Assembly (NCBI GenBank): GCA_030324005.1
Contig: JARDVH010000042.1
Span: 104,751,155-104,815,154, forward strand
Source of the DNA: Negaprion brevirostris
Taxonomy: Eukaryota
Length of the DNA stretch: 64,000 bases
Reading direction: 5' to 3'
A program made the position numbers and the translations under genes. The stretch's first letter is position 1. The number at the start of each line of letters is the position of its first letter. The notes beneath the pieces were generated by a model, which made no database searches, was not told the origin of the DNA, and saw only the letters and a program-made list of their open reading frames with translations. This document shows, in pieces, positions 50,173 through 62,982 of the stretch.

Positions 50173-51699
50173 TCACATGATTTCACACCATTCTGAATCA
50201 GTTTGTTTTTTTTTGTGTGTGTGTTTGGATCTTGTGCTGGGTCTGGGAACGGAATAATTTTTCAATTCCAACGTCACAAAGATTTTTCACCTTTGACGAT
50301 CCGTAAAGTGGATCACACACTCACTGCAGCCACTGCTTTATTCAATTCACTGAAAATCAGGCTCTTCACAACAGATGGGTAATCCATTACTGTCCCAGAT
50401 GATGACATGCAAAATTACCTTCCTCTCCCTCCCACATACTATGGTGTATCACTGTCAGGAGCTGGGGAAGAAGGTGCAAAACTTTATGGTCCAGTAGTCA
50501 TAGAATCAAAGATTCCCTATAGAGCAAAGGAGGCCATTCAGCCCATCAAGCCAGCACTGACAATAATCCCACCCAGGCCCTATCCCTGCAACCCCGGGGG
50601 AAGGTTTTTCATGCTGAATGGTGGTGGATGCCTGGAATGCACTGCCAGTGGAGGTGGTGGAAGCAAGCAATTAGCAACATTTAAGCGGCGTCTGGAAAGG
50701 TACATGAATAGGGAGGGAATGGAGGGATGTGGTCCCAGTAAGGGTAAAGGTTTTATTTTTAGTTTAGTTAGGGCATCATGATCAGCATGAGTTTGAAGGC
50801 CAAAGCATCTGTTNNNNNNNNNNTTCCTGTGCTGTACTGTTCTTTGTTCTTTGTTGGTAATAAAGTTCCCATACTCTGGATTTTAAGTCCTAGCTGGGCC
50901 CAGGATTGAGGGTGAGCAGGCATTAAAAGCATCCCATAGGCTGGTGAGCTGCATTCCTGGATTCCATCCTCCAGCCAGTTAAATCAATTGAAGGCCTAAT
51001 GAGGTCTATTCTCAGAGGCGGACTGGGTTTTTCTGGTTGGCCTCTGGGTTCCCAGCAGCAGGCTGGAGAACCTGTATGCAGGACAGTAGGACAAGAGGCC
51101 CTCTTGGCCTACTGGGTGAAGCAGCAGCTGTGTGCCTACCTATAGAGGGGCTTCCCTCTGCCCTGTGACACTCTCCCCACAGTGTCAGCCTGCATAGATT
51201 CTGTACAAATTGGAGAGAGGTTGACTCCATTTTCAAGCCCTCTCTCTCTCACATTCCACACTGCTGTGTTCCAGCCAGCTGGCCTGATTGGCTCTCCAGT
51301 TTTGAGAACCACCATAATTTCTTAGACAGTGACCCATCCCCAAATCAGTTAAGTGCTGCACCTATGAAAATTACAAGATGTGATTGTTTGTAGAAGAGGT
51401 AAACAGACTTTGGGACTGCATATTTCCAGATGCCAGACCCATACTCAAAGAGAAAATTCCTGCCCCAAATTTCTCTTCTGCTTTCCGAAACTACTTGTGC
51501 ATTTCTTACTCCTCAGAGTGGAGGATTTGGGGTAAATTTCTTTTCGTATCAGGATGCCTAACATTGGGGCTAATCAGGGGTCACAACTTGGCATTGTGAG
51601 GAAACAGTCAACTGGCAGTGTTTGTCCATGAATTAGCCAATTAGTGATCAGAGAATGGAATAACCATCCAATTAAGGATGATAGTAAAGAATTTTTTCC

Positions 51700-51988
51700 T
51701 CCAAGATGGCGCCAGAACGAGGTAACTTCTTGCAAGCTGTGCCCAGCATAACTTCTGATTCCATCTTTTACTTTCGTTTTATGCTTCTCAAACTCATTTT
51801 AATTCTTTTAAACTCTCTAACTCTCTAATTCTTTCTCTAGACCCTAGCTATGACTATAACACTACATTCTGCACTGTCTCATTTCCTTCTCTATGAACAG
51901 TATGCTTTGTCTGTATAGCGTGCTAGAAACAATACTTTTCACTGCATACCAATACATGAGAAAATAATAACTCAAATTAAAATCAAAA
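51700..51988 (+). mobile_element. Short Rex1-related non-autonomous element (CAAGATGGCG head plus Rex1 3' tail)
   Basis: 51834-51985 is colinear with the Rex1 tail at 3020-3172; the segment begins with ccaagatggcgccag. Confidence 0.7.
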
Positions 51989-51999
51989 GTATATGAAAT

Positions 52000-52362
52000 T
52001 TAAATGTTAAAAGGGATTGAGAGAGTAAATGTAGACCAAATGTTTCCTCTTTTGGGGCAATCCAAAACAAGAGATCACAGGTATAGGTGGAGAGGTAGAT
52101 TTAAAACTGAGATGAGGAGGAACCACTTCTCACAGAGGGTGGTGATTTTGTGGAATTCGCTGACCCATAGCGCCGTGGAGTCTGAATTGTTAAATGGCTT
52201 CAAGAAGGAGATAGATTTCTAATGAAAGAGGGGATTAAAGGGACATGGGGAACAGGTGTGGAGGTGGATGTGAGACCAGGGAGAGATCAGTCATGATCTG
52301 ATTGAATGGTGGAGCAGGATCCAAAGGCTGAATTTGCCTACTTCTAATTCCTATGTTCCTAC
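52000..52362 (+). mobile_element. CR1-type LINE 3' end
   Basis: ORF 52004..52222 KGIERVNVDQMFPL...EMRRNHFSQRVVILWNSL; tail ends cctatgttcctac. Confidence 0.9.
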
Positions 52363-54239
52363 AGTTGAGCTTTCGAACCTGGAGGACCAATAGTAGATCC
52401 ATTAGCGTGGAAAAAGTAGCAGCAACCCCTCTGCGCACTTTAAAACCTTTAAATTTCAAAATGGTTTCAGCAGCAGAGCCACTAATGTAAAGGCACAAAA
52501 CAGCCTGTAGCAGCAGCTGAGACTAAACAGGCAAAGAGGGCCTCAACCAGCCTGGTATGTGGACTCCCCATGAGACATCGGGAGGCTGCTGCCAGAAAGA
52601 TAGCCTGGAGCTCAGTGACTTGGGCCTCAAAGCCTTAAGTGGCCAGCAAGCCAGCAAACTGGCATGCCGTTGGATGGGACGAATTTCCATACCTGCCCGA
52701 TCCAAATACAAGGCAGAAATCCTGTCCATGGAGTGCACAGTCTTCGAAATATTTCCATCCAGTTACCATCTCCATATGTTTTGGAGCTTTCCTTCCATCC
52801 TAACCTTTGCCCTGCCTGGTCTCCATGTGCAGTTCACATGCACATGTTCCTGGCTAAAGTATTTAAGTTGTCTCTGCTATTTCACACTGGTCAATTTCCA
52901 GGGCTCCTGCAGTGAACACTGGTTAGTTTTTGTTAGTGAAAACATAGAGTTTGCACCATTGTTTAAAAATAAGGACGATATGACTGTAAATAATGCTCAG
53001 ACCTTATTGTGAAGGGAGCAAGGAAGTAAGTTTGCAGTTCGGTTGCCTGATAGACAAGTCTCAGGCCCTTTTGAATTCAGTGGCAAGACTGAATCATATT
53101 TTGTGCTCCATCTCCCAGCACAGTCAACTTAACTGACCAGCTGAATGGCTGTTAGGCTGATAGGCTTTTGGCAGCAGGCCACAACTGAGGAGTGGAGTGA
53201 GTGATTGAAAAGACTAGAGTGGGTGAGGTGGGGCAAGATTCGAGGCTGTGGTTAGGAAAAGATTGGGGTCTGCAGAGGAAGAGTTATTTGAAGGTTCAAG
53301 GGTGGAGAGAGATTGGAAGAGTCTGGGTGGGGTAGGTTGGAAGGAACGGTTGGGTTGGGGTGGGCAGGTGTTGTGCCTGGTCTCTGTGTTTGAGTGAATC
53401 ATAAGTTATGCTCAGCAGGAAAGCAGAACTACAGTGAGTCCTTGCTTCTCTTTTTAGCCACCAGATTTCTGAGGCTTTTTATATCTCATCTGTTTTTGAG
53501 GATTAAAATTCCCCCCAGTGACTTTGACTCATTTCAGTGTTTTGCTAGATAATTGATGTTCACAAATTGCATGTATATATTCTTAATAAAGAATATGTGG
53601 GAATGATGGCAAAACAATTATCTCATCAAATATAATTGGATTTTAAAGAGAAATTTTAGCTGCTTTGGCTAAGAGCCCATCCAAAAAAATTGTCTGCCAT
53701 TCCCTTTCAAAGACTGACTGAACNNNNNNNNNNCCTGTCATTCTATTTCAGAGAAACCAGTGTAGTTTACAGCCACAATTTAAACTCAGAGATCAGATTG
53801 CAACTTTGAAATCACTGAGTTCTTTGTATTTGACTGTATGTGCCACTTTCTTATGACTATTCTGCTTTGAGCTGATTAATTTTGATTACAGTTTATATAA
53901 TGATGGGTGACAGCAATACATGCTATGTAGGCATGTGATGATATCAACATTGAAGGATTAATGATTGTAATGTTACTTTAACCTTGTTGCATAATATTCC
54001 ACAATTGATTACCATGAAATAACTCAGTATTTTTTATAAGTTTGTAATCACATGTCATTTTCAATGGATATCATTTAATCGTTCGGTAGTACAGAACTTA
54101 AATATTGCTGGAACGAGAGGCTTTTGAAACCTTTTGTCTTGCAACCATCAGAACTGATGCAAAAATGCCAGATTTCATAGGGATCAGCAATTTGTACTGC
54201 ATGAGAAAAGGAATGCTGATTGATTCGCAAGTCAGTCTG

Positions 54240-54905
54240 ATCATAGAGTCCCTACAACGCAGAAGGAGGCCATTTGGTCGATCGAAACTGCACCGACTCT
54301 CTGACAAAGTATCTTACCCACCATCCTGCCCGACGCCATAAGCCTGTTATTGGACAACAAATTTTATGAAGTTGGGCACACAATATGGAAGCAGACTAAT
54401 ACACTCAGAGCCTCCCCACTAAAAATCACGAAGTAACAGACACCGATCAGCAGGCAAGAGCATGCTTTTAGAATGCAAATGAGGGCTAGCACATAAGGGA
54501 AGCTGAACAAGATGGCACCTACAGGAACTAAATCTCCACCCCATCAAAATCAGCACTTCTAAAACAGTCAAACAACCCATGGAGACANNNNNNNNNNNNN
54601 NNNNNNNNNNNNNNNNNNNNNNNNNNNNNNNNNNNNNNNNNNNNNNNNNNNNNNNNNNNNNNNNNNNNNNNNNNNNNNNNNNNNNNNTACATGTAGCATG
54701 GCTAATCTATCTAACCTACGAACACAGTTTAGCATGGCCAGTCCACCTAACCCACACATCTTTGGACTGTAGGAGAGAACCAGAGAAAACCTGGCAGATA
54801 CGGGGAGAATCTGCACTTCACACACACACACACACACACACAGTCATCCAATGCTGGAATTGAACCGGGTCTCTGGCACTGTGAGGCAGCAGCACTCACC
54901 ACCTT
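54240..54905 (-). mobile_element. tRNA-derived SINE in two pieces (tail 54240-54343; core and head 54688-54905) with an internal (CA)n
   Basis: Tail tcatagagtccctacaacgcagaaggaggcc; core cacatctttggactgt; (CA)n at about 54819-54843; an N-run lies between the pieces. Confidence 0.78.
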
Positions 54906-55288
54906 CCCACTATGGTTTAAAAAGTTGTCATGGCGAAAGAGCTGTAAACCTTCCATGCTTTTGATTATTCAAAAATTCAAAAGACTAAAAATAAACAATT
55001 TTTGCAGAGGATAGGTCCCTGCATATGAATATATATAGTTTCTAACAAGTGAGCTACATCACAAATCCAACTGATAACCTTCAATTGATTATTTGTGTAA
55101 TTAACATAATCAGGATCGTTCAGCAAATGCTACCCAGTCATGGAATCACGTGTAATGTTAGACATTATGTTTTGAGTTTTGCAAGTATATGTTGGTTAAG
55201 TACAGTCAACTTTTGTCTCTTTTGTCAGCACATCAATTAATTTAAATTTGTAATATTTGAGTATTAATAAATTGCTGGGATTTTTTAG

Positions 55289-55469
55289 GTTATAAATTTG
55301 TTGAAGAAAGCAAAAAATACAGTGAAGCTAACCATCAGTTTGGATGATGTGAACGTACAGCTATGTCAGACACCACCTACTGCCACTGTTTCAGCAGATT
55401 CTAAATGTGTTCAGTCCCCTTCAGTACACAGTATTGCTGCCTCACCTGATGCAGATTACATCAATAAGG
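55289..55469 (+). CDS. MPDZ: MPDZ coding exon, end of PDZ9 plus linker (VINLLKKAKNTVKLTISLDD...SPDADYINK), phase 0-1
   Basis: gattttttAG acceptor, G|GTaagt donor, 181 nt; LLKKAKNTVKLTI matches human LLKTAKMTVKLTI. Confidence 0.93.
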
Positions 55470-55539
55470 GTAAGTAACAATCTTAGATACATATACTTTA
55501 TGTCCCAACTGTTATCTGGTTCTTTTGCATTCCTGATTT

Positions 55540-55790
55540 CCTTCCCCTCTCCATTGGTAGCCAAACCTTCAAATGTCTAGGTCCTAATGTCTGGAATTCC
55601 CATCCTAACCCTCTCAACCTCTTTCTCTCCATTTAGGATGTTCTTTAAACCTATCCTTTTGACCAGACTTTTGTTCACCCATCCTAATATCTCTTTTTGT
55701 GGCTCAGTGTTAAATATTATCTGATAATGAACACTTCGGAACATTTTACTATGTTTAACACACTACATAAATATAAGTTTTTGTTTTGCA
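55540..55790 (+). mobile_element. L2-type LINE 3' tail
   Basis: ctaggtcctaatgtctggaattccc...ctttaaacctatccttttgacca...ttttactatgttt...aaatataagtt. Confidence 0.65.
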
Positions 55791-58074
55791 GTTATAGAGG
55801 AATATTCTAAAGTAGTGTTTTCTCAGTGTTTATGTTCCCTATCTTTTCATCATGCAGGGTAAAGTCCAATGAACTATTTGGGGTCTATACATCATATTTT
55901 AGTCCATAGAATGAATACAGATTGAGTACAGGGAGTTCTCATTTAAAGTTATGGTCGCAATAAGGGGATTTTCCCAGGGTGTCCTGCTGTGGAGCCTTGT
56001 ATTCAGCCAATCTCAGCAAACACAAAGACTTGTGAAAGATAGTATGCAGTTAAAGACACTCTTTATTTGACCTACTCATTGGGAGAGATAGAGGATTCCA
56101 GTTTCTCTCTGAGAAGTTATACCACAGATATACATTTTCGAAGATTCATTCTACCCACCCAACCTGTCATCCAAGCAGGACAGTCCAATTATATTATTTA
56201 CCTTGGCCAAAAGCATTCTACCTTCCAGCAAAATTAAGAAATTAACCCAACCCAGAGGTTCTTCCCCCTTGTTGCCCAATAATCTTACCTATGCAAATCC
56301 GGTAGGTTCAAAGTGTCCTGGGAACGGGAAGGAAGTCAGCTTCTCTTGTCTGTTTTCTGTTCCTTTATCAATGGAGGTTGAATGCATCTATTCATTGCAA
56401 CTATAAGCTGAATCCTTTTATTCATTTCAGTAACCTTGGTATCTTGTAGCTGCCTGGCCTGCCTCTGATGATAGGGTATGCGTACTATGCTTCATTGTTC
56501 CAAAATAATGCGGTCTGTCTAATTAAACTTATTTGTCATTATGCCAAAAGGTAAACTGCTTGTTGGCCTAAGCTCACAAGAAAATACATAAATACAGTTT
56601 AAATCTATAATATTTATGTTAAAAAATGATTTATATATATATATATATATACACTTATACAATACCTTCGCATTGTATATAAATGAGGCACATTGTGATA
56701 CCTTAAGGCGCTGTAGTCCCTATTTTAAACTAATCTGCTTTGTTTTAATAGCCTCAAGAAGCAAGGACTTATTTATTCCATTCTCCAGTACCTTTCATGA
56801 AATTCTCAATTTTTAAATGAAACAACTTTAAATGAAACATGAGTTCCCTTAGCAATTAATGGAATTCGATTCTTTCTGACATTTGTCATTTGGAAAAGAA
56901 GCAATGTATAGGTTGAAAAAATATGCTGTACACGCGCAGTGCAGTGCATTTCTAGCTGAAATAAGTTGCAAAATAAAATGAACCATTCAATATAAAATAA
57001 ATGCAATGAATGATATTCTTAAGTACACACTTCAGTAATTTTAAAATTACTTTGACCAGCCGCCATCTAATGTCAGACATTGGTCAGTGCAGAAAACTGC
57101 TAGAATTCTGGTACTACCTGCACTGACCAATCTCTGCCACAAGATGGAGGCTAAGAGCTACAGGTTAGACCCAAAGTCAGGAACCAAGCAGCTGAGAACA
57201 GACTCTCACAAGAACAGTGGATGCGAGGCAAGGGGGTGGGGGTGGTCAGTTAGAGAGCAACTTCAGGAGGGCTGGAGGCAGACCAGAGAGTAACATTGGT
57301 GGAGTGGTATAAGTACACTGGAGAGAAATGTCTGAAGGTAAGGATGGAAGTATTGGGTGGGGGAAAGAGAGACTGAGAGTGGAACACTGCAGGGAAGGTT
57401 TTCTGTGTAGGCAGGCCACAGCAGAGGAAGTCTATGGCAAATGACTTTAAGGTGAAATTGGCAAAATTAAACAGATACACCTTATAACGTTAAATGAGTC
57501 AATGTTAACCAAGGACTTACTGTAATGAGAAGATGGCAATAACATGAAGGTATGGATGACAAATTAAGAACAAGTTCTGAATGGTTTGTTATCCAAGTCT
57601 TGAGGTTGCACTTACAGCTCCAGTGCACTCCCAAAACTCGTTTACCTGTCTAAAGTTTCCCTGTTTTACTGATAGTCATATCTTCTGTAACCACTTTATC
57701 CACTACTTTATGTTGTTGCGCCCTGTCACATGAAGCAGAGAGGGTAAAATAAGGTTGTGTAGTAGCTGCTTTATGGCCAATTTGAGGTACTTTAAGCACC
57801 AATATGGCAAGTATGACAATCTGCACATTTCTGGCATATTTGCCAAGGAGTTAGCATTTGCACATCTAACAACCATGCAGAGCAGGGAGATCATGACATC
57901 AGTCAGTGTGTAACACAGATTTGATGCCATTTTGGGGCTTTACACTCAAGGCTACTTACTGTCTTAGCTGTGTTCAGACAGGCACATATTCAACAGCACA
58001 AAGGGCCATCCACCAGTGCTATTCAAAAGGATCAAATACTACTCATAGTTTTACTCCTTTAAACAAACTACTTC

Positions 58075-58236
58075 AAATGCTGGAGATTTGAAATAAAAAC
58101 AGAAAATCCTGGAAAATCTCAGCAGGTCTGGCAGAATCTGTGGCGAGAGAAACATGTTGGACTTGAAACGTTGACTCTGTTTCTCTCACCACAGATCCTG
58201 CTGGACCTGCTGAGATTTTCCAGCAATTTGTCTGCG
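58075..58236. mobile_element. Penelope-like terminal sequence in fold-back (inverted) arrangement
   Basis: ctggaaaatctcagcaggtctggcagaatctgtggcgagagaaaca pairs with tgtttctctcaccacagatcctgctggacctgctgagattttccag. Confidence 0.75.
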
Positions 58237-58496
58237 NNNNNNNNNNNNNNNNNNNNNNNNNNNNNNNNNNNNNNNNNNNNNNNNNNNNNNNNNNNNNNNN
58301 NNNNNNNNNNNNNNNNNNNNNNNNNNNNNNNNNNNNNNNNNNNNNNNNNNNNNNNNNNNNNNNNNNNNNNNNNNNNNNNNNNNNNNNNNNNNNNNNNNNN
58401 NNNNNNNNNNNNNNNNNNNNNNNNNNNNNNNNNNNNNNNNNNNNNNNNNNNNNNNNNNNNNNNNNNNNNNAGTAATAGGCCTGATTTACAGAGATT

Positions 58497-59405
58497 TGGG
58501 CTGGAATTCTTCCAAAGAAAATTCTAAGTGCTGAATTTGTGGGGAAACGGGAGTAGTTCACACTTTTTCAGTGGGAGTTCAGACTAGAATCTCCCACACA
58601 CTGAGCAATGCAGAGGTCACCAGTGTGAATATCATTTGATTTCAGGGAGCAGGGTTCATTCACGCTGGAGAGGCTGAAACCAGCGGACCTGTGCGGGTGC
58701 GCAGTGGCCCCAAGGCATCAGCCTCGCGTTGGCTGGCCAGCTCGATTTGCAGTGCTGCCCCCCCAATCCCTACCATGGCCCAATTGCTGATGCCCATCCA
58801 TTCGCAGGCCAGTCCTAACCACCCACCCCCTCCCCCATCCCACCCCTGCANNNNNNNNNNTCCCACCCGGCTGACCACTCCCTGCCCCTACTGCCACCAC
58901 CCTGATTGCTGGCCTGCCTCTAGGCCCCATTGGTCGCAATGGCAGAGTGGCACTCCACCGATTGGCCCCTATACACCAGTTGGCACTGTCCCATGCCTGG
59001 TGGGCAGTGCCAAGGTGCCCTTGGGCATGGCACTTTGCTCCTTGGGCAGTGCCAGGAGACATAGGCTGGTGCTGCCAGGGTGCCCATGCCTAGGGGGCAG
59101 CACCCCCTGGGGGCCCCAATTGCCCCCCCACTTCGCTCCAGTGGGGTCAAGCCACTAGCTCCCCAAAAGTGAGGAGCTACTGTATTCCCCACTAGAGTGA
59201 TCCACTCTGGTGGGCGGGAGAGGATAGCGGGCCCAGAGAATTCAGTCCTAGGCCCACTAATAGCATTTAAATAGTGTGTAAATACAACTTAAATACAACC
59301 AGCCAATTTCTGGCACTGCACAGACGTCTCTGAAAGTCTAGGCCTGGGAGATGCGAACTCTCATGCGAACTCCATGAATTGGCCAATGTGTGATTCTCCT
59401 AGCCT
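58497..59405. mobile_element. GC-rich non-autonomous DNA transposon-like insertion (Harbinger-type)
   Basis: Begins gggctggaattcttcc; GC-rich, with repeated tgccc/ggcagtgcca motifs; abrupt compositional edges. Confidence 0.5.
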
Positions 59406-60269
59406 GCTATACCAAAATAGTAGTGTAGGGAGATGGGAGAACGCTGACCTTAGTAGCTGAGTAATGGCGATGGAGTGAAATGAGCAATGGATTGGCTAGC
59501 AGTGCAGTTGCTAGGTGGTAGGATATGGCATTTGATGGTGCATGCACTGATCTCAGCAACTTGTATGAGATCATTAAAGTTACACAACGCTGCATGTAAG
59601 TCCTTGGAGCTCATTCCTGGCATTGACCTCGACTGCAACTATCTCTGAGTATGTATCTGGAGGGCTTCCAGTAAACCTCTGTCCTGTACGGGCATGGATC
59701 ACTGAGGCATTCAAGGCAGACTTCGCTAATCTGAATGCATGTGCTCTCCTATGGTTAGTCATTGTCAATTCATCCACAACATAGGGTAAAGTATTCTGAT
59801 AATCTTAGAATAACTATCAGCTGTGATGCACTTTACCACTTGGTAGTGCTGGCTAGCTTTAAATAGTGAATAGATATTAATGATACAAGGCCTTCTGCTG
59901 ATGCATGCAGTCAATACGCAGCACAGGAAGTGCTGCATGCATGCAGAAATCGTGGAAGTGAGCAAGCAGCATGAAGTTGGCATCTTGCCTGTAGTTTAAA
60001 GATCAGATGCAATTTAATCACATGTCATGACCCCTACTTTTATATTTGAGGGTTACTCAGGTTAACCCCTAAGGTATTGTGCAATGTTGGAAGTATTGAA
60101 ATAGTAGGATCAAGTGTCATCAAGCATGATATTTGATATTTTTTATCATTGACCTTTTCACCTGCACAGTCCACATTACTTCCACGCTAAAGATGTTTCT
60201 CATTTAAAAAAAAGTTAATCTATAAAGAAGAATCACCAAGAATTGCTAAAGAAAGATCACTGTCATATA

Positions 60270-60720
60270 TTCAGGCGACCAAGGGAAGGCAATAAATATT
60301 TTGATATTACAAATAGAGGCATAGGGTGTGAAATCAAAAAGGTTATGCTGAACCTTTATAAAACACTGGTTCAATGTCAACAACAGCACTACCCAATTCT
60401 GGTTTAAAAAGGATTTGAAAGCTTTGAAGAAGGTACAGAATAGATTGATGAGAATTGTTACAAGATAAGGTAGCTCACTATATAATAGATTGGAGAAACT
60501 CCTTAGAGACAGGAAGGTTGAGAGGAGATTTGACTTGTACAAAATCATGAGGCATGTAGATAAAAATTTTCCATTGTTGGAAGGCTCAACAACCACAGGG
60601 CACGGATTTAAACCAATTGATAAAAGAATTAACAAGAATATGGTGGAGGCAGATTCAATCCTGCAAATGATTCAATCTTCCAAAAGAGAATTAGATCAGT
60701 TATTAGATAAGTTCAAGATT
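60270..60720 (+). mobile_element. Old CR1-type 3' fragment
   Basis: MLNLYKTLV-like segment and ORF 60490..60726 YKIMRHVDKNFPLLEGSTTTGHGFK. Confidence 0.72.
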
Positions 60721-60871
60721 AGATGAATCCAATTGTAAATTTTTCAGTATCTAAAGATAGAAGACAACAACTTGTGCCAAAATAAGCTAAGCTAAAATCA
60801 TCAAGTTGCAAATGTCACATGGGACGCTGAGCAGTCAGGTCACAAATTGTCTTAATTTTCACTTCTATTTC

Positions 60872-61710
60872 TTATCACAGAATTGTTACAGTGCAGAAAG
60901 AGGCCATTTGGCCCATTGTGTCTTCACTGGCTTTCCAAATGAGCATTATGACTTTGTCCCATTCCGCTGCGTTTTCCCTGTATCCATGCACATTATTTCT
61001 ATTCAAATAATCATTTAATGCCCTCTCAAATGCCTCAATTGAACCTGTCTCCACCACAATTCCAGGCAGAGCATTCCAAACTCAAACCATTCGTGCAAAA
61101 ATGTTTCTCTCGCGTCACGTTTGCTTCTTTTGCAAATCAGTTTAAATCTGTGCCTTCTCATTCTTGATCCCTTTATGAATGGGAACAGTTTTTCCCTAAC
61201 TACTCCAACCAGCCTCTTCACAGGCATCGTGGCACAATGGTCAGCACTGCTGCTTCACAGCACCAGGGACCCAGGTTTGATTCCAACCTTAGGTCACTGT
61301 CAGTGTGGAGTCTGCATGTTCTCATGTCTGTGTGGGTTTCCTCTGGATACTCTGGTTTCCGCCTGCACTCCAAATAAATGCAGGTTAGGCGAATTGCCCA
61401 TGCTAAAGTACCCCTTAGCATCTCAACATGTGTATGTTAGGGGGAATTAGTGGGGTAAATATGTGGGATTATGGAGATAGGGTCTTGCTAAGATGCTCTG
61501 TCAGAGAGACAGCACAGACTTGATGGGCTGAATGCCTCCTTTCACATGTAGGGATTCTGGGATTTCTATCAAATCTTTTCTAGGCCTTTCTCTATCAAGA
61601 AAACAGACCCAACCTCTCTAATCCATCCTAATAATTGAACTTTCTCATTCCTGGAACCAATCTTGCAAATCTCTCCAGTGCATTTACGTCCTCCTTAGTG
61701 TGGCATCCTT
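60872..61710 (-). mobile_element. CR1-type LINE 3' fragment interrupted by a SINE
   Basis: ORFs 61015..61227 EKLFPFIKGSRMRRHRFK and 60875..61057 MVETGSIEAFERALNDYL. Confidence 0.85.
61222..61565 (+). mobile_element. tRNA-derived SINE nested in the CR1 fragment
   Basis: ggcatcgtggcacaatggtcagcactgctgc head, shared core, tail gatgggctgaatgcctcc...gggattct. Confidence 0.87.
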
Positions 61711-62159
61711 TTTCCCTGTCATTATCTCTTTTACCAACAGTTGTGTCTCTCTTTTTCTCTGTTTTACATGCGCTAGACTGAAGGATGCACAAAATGTTTC
61801 TTGCTTTCTCTTAATACAGAGCAGAGTAAATAAGGGACCATACAGTCTATACTTTTACTAGAAGATATTTGCCATCATTGTAGATGCTGGGATAGTTTCA
61901 TCTCTGTGGTGAGCCAACCATATATCCTGAACAACATCGCTGAAAGAGAGCACTGTAGCTCTTGAGTTCTCATAATTCTGTTGCCGTTTTAGTACTCAAA
62001 AGCACCAGCCCCACAAAATTTCTTTCTCCCTGGCAAATTCTACAAACATTCATTCAGTTTCTTCTTTAAAGTATAATATTTTTACTGATGTGCTTTGGGA
62101 ACAAATTCATAAGTATTAAGTAACCAAAGTACCCCAGATAAGTATTAAGTAACCCAAGA

Positions 62160-62580
62160 TTTTCTTTAGCCAGTTCATGCTTTCTGATTTTTTCCTCTCT
62201 TTGAAACTCTCGTCCCTTATCTTTTTTTTCCTCTTGCTAACTACTCTCTACTGAGTTCAATTTCAAACCTTTGCATTTCTTTTTCTTTTGCAAACTGCTT
62301 CATCTGCAACTGAGTTGTAAACGACTTAAGCTGTATTCTACCTGAGTCAGACTTTTCTCCTTCTGAGTCCCTGCTTTTAACTTTAAATTCAACTTTTCTG
62401 CTAATGCTATTAACGTAATTTTGGTTAATTGTTGCAAATTGTTGGAGGATCTCCAGACAAATCATAGCAGTTGACAAAGTCAACAACTGCTTTTCAAGAG
62501 TAATATCTTTTATTTCAAAATACATTAAATTTGAAAACTTATTTATTATGATAATAAAGCCAGAAAATGCCACAGTTTTA
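62160..62580 (-). mobile_element. Possible Gypsy-type gag N-terminal (coiled-coil) remnant
   Basis: ORF 62241..62573 contains RIQL...QLQMKQFAKEKEMQRFEIEL, reminiscent of gag coiled-coil segments; weak resemblance only. Confidence 0.3.
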
Positions 62581-62646
62581 AATAAGAGAAAATTTTACTC
62601 TACTAAAATCAAATAATCAAATTGAACAATCAGCATTGTCTGTTTT

Positions 62647-62982
62647 CATAGAATCATAGAATAGAACCATAGAATGCCTACAGTACAGAAGGAGACCATT
62701 TGACCCATTGAGGCTGCACTGACAACAGTCCCACCCAGGCCCTATCCCCGTAATCATACATATTTACGTTGTTCATTCCCCGACACCAAGGGGCAATTTA
62801 GCATGACTAATCAACCTAACCTCCATATCTTTGGAATGTGGGAGAAAACTGGAACACCCAATGAAACCCATGCAGACACACGTAGAACATGCAAACTACA
62901 CGCAGTCACCCAAGGTCGGAATTGAATCCGCGTCCCTGGCGCTGTGAGGCAACAGTGCTAACCGTTGTGCCACCATGTCATC
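62647..62982 (-). mobile_element. tRNA-derived SINE with (catagaat)n CR1-type tail
   Basis: catagaatcatagaatagaaccatagaat terminal repeats, shared core, reverse head ggtggcacaacggttagc. Confidence 0.9.

Noticed and set aside
8231-55469. Alternative identification as PATJ (INADL)
   Set aside because: Linker and domain sequences (ELPEREEGEGEESELQN, TNPFADS, EDEFGYSW, DQGGLGIAISEE) match my recollection of MPDZ rather than PATJ; a reciprocal BLAST would confirm.
62109-62154. 17-bp direct repeat ataagtattaagtaacc with a 12-nt spacer
   Set aside because: Only two copies; an ordinary local duplication, not a CRISPR-like array.
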